DNA from: an uncultured Syntrophobacteraceae bacterium
GTDB taxonomy: Bacteria; Desulfobacterota; Syntrophobacteria; Syntrophobacterales; Syntrophobacteraceae
Assembly: GCA_964623165.1 (NCBI GenBank)
Contig: CAZURN010000001.1
Span: 134 to 64,133, forward strand
Direction of reading: 5' to 3'
Length of the DNA stretch: 64,000 bases
Part shown: piece by piece, positions 24,271 to 32,781 of the stretch
How positions within the stretch are numbered: position 1 is the first letter of the stretch
How the letters are laid out: the number at the start of each line of letters is the position of its first letter
Program-made: the position numbers and the translations under genes
The notes under the pieces: generated by a model
Seen by the model: only the letters and a program-made list of their open reading frames with translations
What the model was told of the DNA's origin: nothing
The model's database searches: none

Positions 24271-24386
24271 TGGGGAGCCGAACTTAGTGATTCCCATCTT
24301 TCAATCCTCGTCCGTGATTCCTGCGAAGGCAGGAGTCACGAAGATAGTAGTCACCCAAAGGATGCCGGCGCCTGCCCCGGACTTGA

Positions 24387-25412
24387 TTGGGGGTTCGCCT
24401 GCATGGCAAAGGGTTAGCGTGGGAATCGCTCAATCGAGGTGAGGGATTCAACCTGAGGGGCAGTCGCTTGGGCTACGTGTTCAACCGGGAAGATGCGAGA
24501 AGGTACAGCGAGTGGTTCCTCACCGATGCGGGCAGTTGCGCCTTGGCCCTTGAAACCGGACTCATCCGGCGGATCTGGGCTTCGGACGCCCCCCAGAAAG
24601 TCCTGGATGTGGGCTGCGGTACCGGCATCTTCACGGGTTGGTTCGCCGGACTCGGTCACCAGGTCACCGGCCTGGACCCCTCCCAGGACATGCTCAGCAT
24701 CGCCCGATTGCGCCTGCCATCCCGTATTCCTCTGGACCAGGGATACGCGGAGAACCTGCCTTTCGACGACAACTCCTTCGACACGGTTGCCCTCATCACG
24801 ACCCTGGAGTTCGTGCGGGACCCGGTCCAGGCGCTCGGAGAGGCCTTTCGGGTCGCCACGCGGCACGTGCTCCTGGGAGTCCTCAACAAGTTCTCCCTGA
24901 TCACTCTCCAAAGATTTGTCGCGCGGCTTTGGAGAACATCAGTCCTGGATCACGCACGGTTTTTCAGTGTGTTCGAACTGCAGTCCCTGGCAGCCAAAGC
25001 CATCTCTCCGTCGGTTAAGACCCGCTGGGGCACGTGCCTGGCGCTGCCCCTGGCCGTGTCCCGCCATCTTCACTTTCTGGAACGGTCTCCCTACTTCCAG
25101 TGGAACCCCTTCGGCCATTTCATCGCCATGTGCCTTGACGTGGAATTCACTCTTCGCTGCCTCCAGGATCCTCTTTTTTCGGACATGTCCTCCCATCTGG
25201 CCCAGGTCCGTCCCAACGCCTTCTGCATACGATCCTTAAATCGCTGTAATTCGGGTTTCCCGGAGTCGACAGGGGACCACACCGTTGGCTCTTCCCTGAG
25301 GCCGAGCCGTGCTTCCGATTTTGGGGAAACCTCTACCAGCGGGCAGCCGGTGGTCCCCACGGACCTCCTTCGCCCTGTACTCGTGGGAGACCCCGCGGCT
25401 GAGTCTGGCTGA
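24387..25412 (+). CDS. Class I SAM-dependent methyltransferase (Methyltransf_11-like) with an unusual C-terminal tail
   Basis: Motif I VLDVGCGTGIFTGW with post-I LGHQVTGLDPS. The start is uncertain (TTG at 24387 or GTG at 24477). The last 85 aa or so have no family resemblance and run into the leader of the next gene. Confidence 0.7.
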   Translation: MGVRLHGKGLAWESLNRGEGFNLRGSRLGYVFNREDARRYSEWFLTDAGSCALALETGLIRRIWASDAPQKVLDVGCGTGIFTGWFAGLGHQVTGLDPSQDMLSIARLRLPSRIPLDQGYAENLPFDDNSFDTVALITTLEFVRDPVQALGEAFRVATRHVLLGVLNKFSLITLQRFVARLWRTSVLDHARFFSVFELQSLAAKAISPSVKTRWGTCLALPLAVSRHLHFLERSPYFQWNPFGHFIAMCLDVEFTLRCLQDPLFSDMSSHLAQVRPNAFCIRSLNRCNSGFPESTGDHTVGSSLRPSRASDFGETSTSGQPVVPTDLLRPVLVGDPAAESG

Positions 25413-25452
25413 CCAATTCCAGGAGCCTGCGCCCCATGAAAGGTCTGCAGAC

Positions 25453-26463
25453 ATGAAGGAAGCCCAGTTTTACAAACGGCTCGATCATGGAGATGTGCAT
25501 TGTTTCCTCTGTGCCCAGCACTGCCGCATCAAGAACGGAGCGAGGGGGAAGTGCGGCGTCCGGGAGAACCGGGAGGGAACCCTCTATTCCTTGGTATATG
25601 GGAGACTCATCGCCAGAAACGTGGACCCCATCGAAAAAAAACCCCTCTTTCACTTCATGCCCGGCACCCGGAGCTATTCCATCGCGACGGCCGGGTGCAA
25701 CTTCCAGTGCATGTTCTGTCAGAATGCGGACATCTCCCAGGTTTCCCCTGGACAGAAAATCATCCACGGCATTGATGCGGCCCCGGAGACCCTTGTCCAG
25801 GAGGCGCTCCGATCCCAATCCGCTAGCATCTCCTACACCTACACGGAGCCCACCATATTTATGGAATACGCCCTGGACACGGCCAGGGAAGCACAAGCGG
25901 CGGGCCTGCGAAACGTCTTCGTGACCAACGGATTCATGACCCGTGAAGCCCTCGATGCCGTGACTCCCTACCTGGATGCTGCCAACGTCGACCTCAAAGC
26001 GTTCACCGAAAGGTTCTACGCCGACCATTGCGGCGCCCGCCTGAAGCCGGTCCTGGACACACTCCGGTCCATGAAGGAACGCAACGTCTGGGTCGAAATC
26101 ACGACCCTCCTCATCCCCGGACTGAATGATGATCCCGGAGAACTGAGGGGTCTTGCTGAATTCATCCTCTCGCTCGGCCCCGAGACCCCGTGGCATGTGA
26201 CCCGGTTCCATCCCACCCACCGCATGACGGACAGGCCGGTCACGCCCCTGAAGACGTTGGAGCGGGCGAGGGAGATCGGCCTGGAGGCGGGCCTCCGGTA
26301 CGTCTACACCGGCAATGTGCCCGGCAGTGAAGGGGAGCACACCTACTGTCATCAGTGTCATGCCCTGCTCATCGAGCGCTATGGATTTTCCATTCGGAGG
26401 CGGGAACTCGCAGGCGGGGTGTGCGCTCGGTGCGGAACAGCGCCGGCGGGTTTCGGAGTCTAG
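25453..26463 (+). CDS. AmmeMemoRadiSam-system-type radical SAM enzyme (PFL-activase-like)
   Basis: N-terminal Cys cluster HCFLCAQHCRIKNGARGKCGVR, radical SAM motif CNFQCMFCQN, and a C-terminal CHQC...CARCG zinc-ribbon-like end. Confidence 0.85.
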   Translation: MKEAQFYKRLDHGDVHCFLCAQHCRIKNGARGKCGVRENREGTLYSLVYGRLIARNVDPIEKKPLFHFMPGTRSYSIATAGCNFQCMFCQNADISQVSPGQKIIHGIDAAPETLVQEALRSQSASISYTYTEPTIFMEYALDTAREAQAAGLRNVFVTNGFMTREALDAVTPYLDAANVDLKAFTERFYADHCGARLKPVLDTLRSMKERNVWVEITTLLIPGLNDDPGELRGLAEFILSLGPETPWHVTRFHPTHRMTDRPVTPLKTLERAREIGLEAGLRYVYTGNVPGSEGEHTYCHQCHALLIERYGFSIRRRELAGGVCARCGTAPAGFGV

Positions 26464-26619
26464 GGGGGCAGCCGCAAGGAACGTGCTGCACAGTCGTGAA
26501 AGGCCACACTCTCATCCACCGGGCGTGAATGCCACGGTCGGCATAACCTTCCACGGCAACACGGCACACGGGGCGGTTCCAGCAGGATTTCCCGCCTTTC
26601 GATAGAACTGAAAGCCTGA

Positions 26620-26737
26620 TGCTATGGGTCAAGATCGTGTTGCGCAAAGTCACACGCGCAGCACGGCTTGTGGGCTTGGCGAAGCGGATGGACACAAGGC
26701 CCCAGGCTGTATCAGCTTGACCGTGACTACCTATGAG
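26620..26737 (-). repeat. Intergenic repeat family, copy R (reverse orientation)
   Basis: The reverse complement reads ...CACGGTCAAGCTGATACAGCCTGGGGCCTTGTGTCCATCCGCTTCGCCAAGCCCACAAGCCGTGCTG..., aligning with copies A-E. Confidence 0.7.
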
Positions 26738-26844
26738 AGGGCAGGTTTGCGGACGCGCAAAACGTAGCGGGCTGGTTGGACCGGGAAGAAGCATCGGCTT
26801 CGTTGCAAGGCTGTTGAACCATAGAGACTGCTTCTCTTGAGCTT

Positions 26845-27393
26845 TCAGCGCTGCTCCTTGACCGATCCGGTTCGCCGGCTCGCCATCCTGCCGCTACCCT
26901 TCTTCACCGGCGCTCCCGGGTCGGCCGCGCTTTTCTTTTCCCGCTGGTCCTGAAGGTACTGCTGAAGTTTCACAGGGAGTCCGCGCTTTTTCGCGGATCG
27001 GCTGCGGAGCTTTGTCAGGACCTTCGCCGCAAGGGCCTGTTTGAGGGGGAAGCCCCACTTGCGCTTGTACTCCCGTGGGGTCAACTGATGGGTGCGCAGA
27101 TGATTGGCGGTGATCTGTCTGAACTCGGCGCCACACTCCAGGCACTTGATTCTGTCCTCCTGGATCGAACCGTGGGGGTCAGCGCTCCCCGAGACATCCA
27201 AGTGAATGGCGGACCCTTCGGAGGTCACACCGGTCAATGGAATGGGCTTGCCGTCTTCCTCTGCCCGGCGCAACCTGTGCAGCGCATTGTAGACCCTGAT
27301 GAGGGCCGCCTCCAGCTCCTCCCCGGACATCCTGTTCACACTCGCCTGAGCCTTGACTAGGTCCACGGCGGCTTGCAACAAACTGGTCTCCAT
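26845..27393 (-). CDS. MucR/Ros family transcriptional regulator
   Basis: Zinc-finger core IKCLECGAEFRQITANHLRTHQLTPREYKRKWGFP. AGGAGG RBS before the ATG at 27393. Confidence 0.9.
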   Translation of the reverse strand: METSLLQAAVDLVKAQASVNRMSGEELEAALIRVYNALHRLRRAEEDGKPIPLTGVTSEGSAIHLDVSGSADPHGSIQEDRIKCLECGAEFRQITANHLRTHQLTPREYKRKWGFPLKQALAAKVLTKLRSRSAKKRGLPVKLQQYLQDQREKKSAADPGAPVKKGSGRMASRRTGSVKEQR

Positions 27394-27540
27394 GGGGTCC
27401 CTCCTGTTTGAGTCTCCAGCAACGCATGCCACCATCGGAATTGTGACATCCATTACTCAATGGTGAGGCAGTCTGTATGGCTATCGAGATCGTCTAACAA
27501 CTCATTGCAGTATGATTGTTTATCGTTTGATTGTAAAGGT

Positions 27541-27852
27541 ATGAATCAGGAATACACCGAGAAATTTCTGAAGCTGCTGTTAGAGTGGAGAACAAGAGAC
27601 TTGGTGGGTATGGGTATCAGGAACGTAGAGCTGACTCATCCGGAGCATCAACAACACCTGTCGATGCTCATTGCAGCAGGTTCACTCTACGTTCCAAGAG
27701 GCAATTGGCATGTGTCGAGGAATGAACTTTACATCGGGTCCTGTCGTTCCCGGCTGGCAAGAACTTTCCTAAGTCATCTTGAAGAGCTTTTCCGGGGGGC
27801 GCCGCTCCGGGATATAGACGTACGGCAACTTTCCTTCGTTCCATTCTTTTGA
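27541..27852 (+). CDS. Hypothetical orphan ORF in an AT-rich patch
   Basis: 103-aa ORF (MNQEYTEKFL...) in locally AT-rich DNA. Its 3' end overlaps the convergent FTR gene by 84 nt. No motif found. Confidence 0.2.
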   Translation: MNQEYTEKFLKLLLEWRTRDLVGMGIRNVELTHPEHQQHLSMLIAAGSLYVPRGNWHVSRNELYIGSCRSRLARTFLSHLEELFRGAPLRDIDVRQLSFVPFF

Positions 27853-28107
27853 GACATACAAATTGCAGTAGCAGCTCCCATACTCCTTCACGTCGGGTTC
27901 CCTATACACACATGGGCAGATGATGTCCCTGTCCCACTCCCGGTCGTGGGACGCAAGTCTGCAAGGACAACACATGTATCCGTAGCGGTCTTTGTTGATC
28001 AGGAGACCTTCCAGGAGTTCGAGAACCTTTTGCTTGTCCTTGTTGAAATAATAACCCTTGGGTTCTTGAATCCTTCTCAAATTCTCGTACAGCTGCTCGG
28101 CGTCCAT
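27769..28107 (-). CDS. Ferredoxin:thioredoxin reductase catalytic-subunit-like protein (FTR/FDR type)
   Basis: The CPC...CPC...CYC arrangement (MCCPCRLASHDREWDRDIICPCVYREPDVKEYGSCYCNLY) is typical of the FTR beta chain. The start ATG overlaps the glutaredoxin stop by 1 nt (TAATG). Confidence 0.85.
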   Translation of the reverse strand: MDAEQLYENLRRIQEPKGYYFNKDKQKVLELLEGLLINKDRYGYMCCPCRLASHDREWDRDIICPCVYREPDVKEYGSCYCNLYVSKEWNEGKLPYVYIPERRPPEKLFKMT

Positions 28108-28361
28108 TACAGGTTCAGCGCCTCCTTGATCTCGTCCTGCCGGAAACCCACGATGACCTTGTCGCCAATGATGAGGGTCGGGAAGGAGCAATTGGGATTG
28201 ACCTGTTTGACCTCCTCGATGATCTTCTTTCGCTCTTCTCCTTCCAGTTTATCCACGTCGATGCACTCATATTCCACGCCGCAACCTTTCAGGTATTCCT
28301 TGGTGCTCTTGCAGTGGGAACAGGTACTGAGCGCGTAGAGCTTTATCTCGCATTCCGCCAT
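28107..28361 (-). CDS. Glutaredoxin-like (NrdH/YruB-type) module, possibly translated on its own from an internal start
   Basis: 84 aa: MAECEIKLYALSTCSHCKSTKEYL...FPTLIIGDKVIVGF (CxxC plus cis-Pro region). GGAGGA RBS lies upstream of this ATG. There is no stop codon between it and the upstream DUF2400 frame. Confidence 0.6.
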   Translation of the reverse strand: MAECEIKLYALSTCSHCKSTKEYLKGCGVEYECIDVDKLEGEERKKIIEEVKQVNPNCSFPTLIIGDKVIVGFRQDEIKEALNL

Positions 28362-29285
28362 TTCAACATCCTCCGTTGTCTGGTGCTCCTCCATTGTGGC
28401 CCTGGCCATCGGTCCTCCAGCCCGGACGCAAAAAGGGACGACCCCTGTCTGACCGGTTGCAGACGTTACTCGCCCGCCATTCGTCCTCGGCACTTTACCA
28501 TGAATTCCCATGCGTGTCAGAGCGAAGTCGTACCGAACCGGATCTTTCGGTGCAACACGTCTGAAGCCTTCAGTTATTTCCTCGGCAGCCTGCAGATCCG
28601 CCTGCTTCCTTCGCGTGAAGCCCAGCAGCGACCCGATGCGGTGCATGTGTACGTCCACCGGCACGAGTAAAAGCCTGGGAGCGATCCCCGTCCACACTCC
28701 GGGGTCCACCTCGTCCCGGCGGATCATCCAGCGGAGAAAAAGATGGAGACGCTTGCATGCGCTGCCCCTGTTCGGAGAAGGGATAAACATGGTGTCGTGG
28801 CAGTCCATGTCCTCCCTGAGTTCTCCGGCAAATCGGTTCAAGGCATTCTGAACGGTCGCATCTTCCGGCTTGAGGCCATCCATGAAACAGGCCTCCAGGC
28901 TGCCATACTTCTCAAGCACCTTCCGCATCGATCCCAGGAGCGATGCCAATTGCAGGTCAGTCGTGAAACGGTGCTTGAACCCACGGAAACATACTCTGAA
29001 AGGACCTGCAGAATGCTCCAGAATAAACCGGCGCGGAGAGGGGCCCATGCGTGTCAGTACTTTCGACACGCTCTGATGGATCTGGGCCACTCTGCCGTAG
29101 GCGAGGGCAGACGCAATGAGCCCCACTACTTCCTGGTCCAGTGGGTCATCGTAACGGAGGACAAACTCCAGGGGATCCGGGGGAATGTACCTTCTGCGGT
29201 TGTACCGCTCGTAGAGCCCTTCCAGGAATTCCCTCGTGGGCGTTCCGGATACGGAGTTCTTGCTGAAGTGTTTCTCGTTATCCAT
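28107..29285 (-). CDS. TIGR02757/DUF2400 family protein reading in-frame into the glutaredoxin-like domain (392-aa fusion ORF)
   Basis: A DUF2400-like body (PDPLEFVLRYDDPLDQEVVGLIASALAYGRV ... ACKRLHLFLRWMIRRD ... DVHMHRIG ... YDFALTRMG) is followed by a 45-aa linker and then the Grx module. GGAGG RBS lies 8 nt before the ATG at 29285. The ORF-track start at 29903 is a non-homologous extension. Confidence 0.7.
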   Translation of the reverse strand: MDNEKHFSKNSVSGTPTREFLEGLYERYNRRRYIPPDPLEFVLRYDDPLDQEVVGLIASALAYGRVAQIHQSVSKVLTRMGPSPRRFILEHSAGPFRVCFRGFKHRFTTDLQLASLLGSMRKVLEKYGSLEACFMDGLKPEDATVQNALNRFAGELREDMDCHDTMFIPSPNRGSACKRLHLFLRWMIRRDEVDPGVWTGIAPRLLLVPVDVHMHRIGSLLGFTRRKQADLQAAEEITEGFRRVAPKDPVRYDFALTRMGIHGKVPRTNGGRVTSATGQTGVVPFCVRAGGPMARATMEEHQTTEDVEMAECEIKLYALSTCSHCKSTKEYLKGCGVEYECIDVDKLEGEERKKIIEEVKQVNPNCSFPTLIIGDKVIVGFRQDEIKEALNL

Positions 29286-29393
29286 CACATGGGCCTCCAA
29301 GCATCCGCCAAGAATCCGCCGCGCCGGGAAGACTAACCGGCAAACTTGACTCAGGTCAAGGTCGCCTCTGCCAAATATGGTCAAAAGGCACTT

Positions 29394-29516
29394 GTAACAC
29401 GAAGTCAAGGTCAAGCTGGTGGGCCTCACCGTGGTACCCGTGCGCTTGGCGGCGCCCTCAAAGGGGCAGGCTACACCTTGAACTCTGTGCGATTCCATCC
29501 TGAACACTACTGTGCG
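29394..29516 (+). repeat. Intergenic repeat family, copy A
   Basis: GTAACACGAAGTCAAGGTCAAGCTGGTG ... GCGCTTGGCGGCGCCCTCAAAGGGG ... CTACACCTTGAACTCTGTGCGATTCCATCCTGAAC. Lies 55 nt upstream of the Fe-S protein gene. Confidence 0.7.
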
Positions 29517-29570
29517 CCAGGGACCGTTCAGTTGTGGACGCATTTCCGTGCAGCTCATTGGAGGTAAACG

Positions 29571-30365
29571 ATGCAATGGTCCAGAGAGGCCGAGGAAGCC
29601 ATTTCCAAGGTTCCCTTTTTCGTTCGCAAACGAGTGAGAAAAGGGGTCGACGAGGAAGCCATCCGATCCGGGGTTAGTGAAGTGGGCATGGAACACGTGA
29701 ATGCGTGCCGCGGACGGTTCTTTGAAAACATGGAGGATGAGGTCAAGGGGCACCAGATCGAACGCTGCTTTGGGGCTAGCGAATGCCCCAATCGAGTCAC
29801 GCCTGAAAATGACCTTGAAGAAAAGATACGGCAACTCATGGAACAAAGGAATCTCAAGGAATTTTTGAAGAAAAGAGTGAAGGGGCCGCTCAAGGTTCAC
29901 CATGAATTCCGCATCTCTGTCTCCTACTGTCCCAACGCGTGCTCACGTCCACAAATCGTTGATGTGGGACTCATCGGTGCGTCCAAGCCACAGCCCACAT
30001 CAGTCCAGTGCACTGAATGCGCGGAGTGCATCCAGGTGTGCAGGGAAGGGGCACTCACCCTAATGGACAATTCTGGTGGGCCATCCCTCAATGAGAGCCG
30101 TTGCCTAGGCTGTGGGCAGTGCATTCGGGTGTGCCCGTCAGGAACTCTTGAGGAGGACCGCAAGGGCTATCGGGTTCTCCTGGGAGGAAAGCTGGGGAGG
30201 CATCCTCAGTTGGGTCTGGAACTGCCTGGAGTCTACTCCGAGAGACAGGTTCTAGAACTTCTGGAGAAGTGTCTTGATCACTATATGAGACACAACGAGA
30301 CTGGTGAAAGGTTCGGTGAAGTCATCAATCGAGCGGGCTTGCCGCAGACAATGCGGGATGGCTGA
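29571..30365 (+). CDS. Iron-sulfur protein: PCP_red-like N-domain, nitrite/sulfite-reductase-like 4Fe-4S segment, and 2x[4Fe-4S] ferredoxin insert
   Basis: N-terminus WSREAEEAISKVPFFVRKRVRKGVDEEA (protochlorophyllide reductase 57-kDa-subunit-type domain). Also SYCPNACSRPQI, then CTECAECIQVCREGAL and CLGCGQCIRVCPSG. GGAGG RBS. Confidence 0.75.
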   Translation: MQWSREAEEAISKVPFFVRKRVRKGVDEEAIRSGVSEVGMEHVNACRGRFFENMEDEVKGHQIERCFGASECPNRVTPENDLEEKIRQLMEQRNLKEFLKKRVKGPLKVHHEFRISVSYCPNACSRPQIVDVGLIGASKPQPTSVQCTECAECIQVCREGALTLMDNSGGPSLNESRCLGCGQCIRVCPSGTLEEDRKGYRVLLGGKLGRHPQLGLELPGVYSERQVLELLEKCLDHYMRHNETGERFGEVINRAGLPQTMRDG

Positions 30366-30600
30366 GCCTTGGCTTGCGGGAACCGGCTATCGTATGTCGG
30401 TAACACAGCAAGTACCGTTTGCCATTGCGGTGGAAGTCGGCATGCACACCCCCGCCATTTTCAACGCCGTGAACACTCAAGAACAAAAATTCCTTACTGC
30501 AGCTGGCAAGCCCGTTAACCGTGCCATTCGAAATATTCTTATGCGGCACAACTCTCAACCCCATTTTGATGTGGAAATATACAACCTCCTCACCGTAGTC

Positions 30601-30662
30601 TAGGGCCTTGTGTTCGTGGTGTCGCGTGGCTGTTCGCTCGCAACGACGGGCACAAGGCCCTG
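30601..30662. repeat. Stem-loop whose 11-bp stem carries the repeat-family core sequence
   Basis: AGGGCCTTGTG (30602-30612) is perfectly complementary to CACAAGGCCCT (30651-30661), with a 38-nt loop. Confidence 0.7.
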
Positions 30663-30689
30663 GACTAAAACGTCATTCCAGATCTCATG

Positions 30690-30795
30690 CCAGGTTGAGG
30701 TCAAACTGGTGTGGCGTAGGGTCTTGTGCCTGTCTGCTTCGTGGCGCCTACAAGGGGCTATTGAATGACTTCAATGCGGGGTGCCATCCGAATCT
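30690..30795 (+). repeat. Intergenic repeat family, copy B
   Basis: GAGGTCAAACTGGTGTGGCGTAGGGTCTTGTGCCTGTCTGCTTCGTGGCGCCTACAAGGGGCTATTGAATG.... Ends about 30 nt before the cysC start. Confidence 0.65.
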
Positions 30796-30826
30796 TCTCA
30801 TGGACCGTGGATGATGGGGGATCAAA

Positions 30827-31453
30827 ATGACCGATATCAAAGCGAAAAACATTGTCTGGCACAGTACTCACGTTGAACGATGGGAAAGGGAGCGCCTCCT
30901 GAGACAACAAGGCTGCACCATATGGTTCACGGGACTCCCGGCATCGGGCAAGAGCACCACTTCCTTTTCCCTGGAACACGAACTCATCAAGCGGGGTTAC
31001 TTGGCATACGTCCTGGATGGCGACAATGTTCGTCATGGGCTAAACAGGAACCTGGGCTTTTCCCACGAAGACCGAGAAGAGAACATCCGGCGCATCGGAG
31101 AAGTCGCCAAGTTGTTTGCGGATGCAGGAGTGGTTGTCATGACGAGCTTCATTTCGCCCTACCGCAAGGATCGCAAGATGGCGAGGAAGCTGCATATGGA
31201 TGCAGACCTGCCCTTCATCGAAGTTTTCGTCGATACTCCCGTAGAAATCTGTGAAATGCGCGATCCGAAAGGACTCTACAGAAAGGCAAGACAGGGGGTT
31301 CTCAAGGGATTCACTGGGGTGGATGATCCTTATGAACCCCCCAAGGATCCGGAAATAGTCGTAAACACGATGGACTGTGGTCCCGAGGAATGTGCGGAAC
31401 AGGTCCTGGCTTATCTCATGAAGAATGGAATCATCAAACCCAAGAGCCAGTAA
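30827..31453 (+). CDS. cysC: Adenylyl-sulfate (APS) kinase
   Basis: P-loop GCTIWFTGLPASGKSTTS, then LDGDNVRHGLN and SFISPYRKDR. Confidence 0.93.
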   Translation: MTDIKAKNIVWHSTHVERWERERLLRQQGCTIWFTGLPASGKSTTSFSLEHELIKRGYLAYVLDGDNVRHGLNRNLGFSHEDREENIRRIGEVAKLFADAGVVVMTSFISPYRKDRKMARKLHMDADLPFIEVFVDTPVEICEMRDPKGLYRKARQGVLKGFTGVDDPYEPPKDPEIVVNTMDCGPEECAEQVLAYLMKNGIIKPKSQ

Positions 31454-31565
31454 CACGAAGTTGCAGTCAAGCTGGTGTGGCATAGGCCCTTGTGCCCATG
31501 GCATTCGCCACGCCCTCGACGGGTTGTGCTACGCTTGTAGATCTGCTGGGTAACTCCGTTCAAGG
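31450..31565 (+). repeat. Intergenic repeat family, copy C
   Basis: GTAACACGAAGTTGCAGTCAAGCTGGTGTGGCATAGGCCCTTGTGCCC...GCTACGCTTGTAGATCTGCTGGGTAACTCCGTT. The TAA at its left edge is the cysC stop codon. Confidence 0.7.
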
Positions 31566-31747
31566 ATCTGTCGAAGGATTCGTCACCCTGCAAGATGCGG
31601 TCATCAAGGCAGCCGATAAGCAACCGGGTGATTCATGGCGTTATGGGATGATACCAAAGGATCGCACGGGGGGCATTGCGGTGAGGGACCCTCCGACGGA
31701 AGACATTCCCGATCAACCGCAAACCCAATCCTTCTCCGAAGAGACTG

Positions 31748-32596
31748 CTAAAAACCCACATCCTCCATCGATTCAATTTCCGGAAAGAACTGCTTCATTA
31801 AAGGGGTGCAATATTGTCGCGCTTTCGCCTCAATGTAATGCCGGTCCATTCGACGAAGTAACCCGTACTTTTTCGGATTCTTGAAAGTGTGGGATTTCTC
31901 GAGGACTATGGTGTCGTCGGGAAGGCCGGCGAATTCGGCAATTTCGGATGCGCTCTGTGAGATACGGTCGGTTCTGACGATGAGGAGTCGTTCTCCAGGC
32001 ACGGTTGAAAGGACCTTGCCATTGTGATGGGCCCAATAAGAAAGATAACCGTCAAGCGTGTACAGCCCCTTTTCCTTAAGAAGTTGCTCCTCTGGCGGAT
32101 GGTGGAAGAAATCCGCCCTGAAGCGCAAATTTCTGAGTGCCACCCAATCTCTGCTGGTATTGCGGCGAAGTGAGTCGTTCATGAAAGAATCCAGCCAGCT
32201 GTAGCAGTCTCGAATGGTCAACAGAAAGCGAGCGGTGGGGAACTCCTCCAGGAGCATATCCAGAATGAAGAAATTGAGTTGTGACGAGTCAACATCCAGA
32301 TTCAGTCGCTTGTCTCTATCTCTTATGTAAGACCTGAGTTCAGTCTCGCCAACCCGTCCTTCGGAAACGTCAAGAATAAGTCTGACTAGGGCCTTGCTGT
32401 CTGCTTCATGTTGAGAACGGATATCCTTGCCAAACATGGAGGCAATTGAGTGAGTGCCGCTCTTGGCTGTGCCCACACAATAAAGGTGAGCATTACGAGA
32501 TCTTCTCAGATAGTTGAAGCAGACCGCCGCCCCATTGACTATGCTGCCAAGTGTTCGCTTTAAACTCATTTGCTGGTGTCCCGACTCCTGGATCAT
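31748..32596 (-). CDS. Sulfotransferase family protein
   Basis: PAPS 5'-phosphosulfate-binding loop CVGTAKSGTHSIASMF, and a later LTIRDCYSWLDS segment (3'-phosphate-binding-like). Confidence 0.7.
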   Translation of the reverse strand: MIQESGHQQMSLKRTLGSIVNGAAVCFNYLRRSRNAHLYCVGTAKSGTHSIASMFGKDIRSQHEADSKALVRLILDVSEGRVGETELRSYIRDRDKRLNLDVDSSQLNFFILDMLLEEFPTARFLLTIRDCYSWLDSFMNDSLRRNTSRDWVALRNLRFRADFFHHPPEEQLLKEKGLYTLDGYLSYWAHHNGKVLSTVPGERLLIVRTDRISQSASEIAEFAGLPDDTIVLEKSHTFKNPKKYGLLRRMDRHYIEAKARQYCTPLMKQFFPEIESMEDVGF

Positions 32597-32781
32597 GCGA
32601 TAAGAATCAAAATAATTCGCAGTGTTGTTCCGACGCGATGAATCCTTCGACCCGAAAATGGAGGCTGCCCCATGATATCAAGAAAGGGCACATCATCATT
32701 ACCGAAAACTACTCTCCAACAACGACTGAGATCAGAAGTGGACTGTGTCGAATACACATCGGATCATGGCAGTGAGTACGG

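Noticed and set aside
22720-24297. 525-aa minus-strand ORF
   Set aside because: It is fully antisense to ilvD, with a low-complexity Gly/Arg/His-rich translation typical of GC-rich shadow frames.
25333-26361. 342-aa minus-strand ORF
   Set aside because: It is antisense to the radical SAM gene, which carries clear CX3CX2C and family motifs. This ORF has none.
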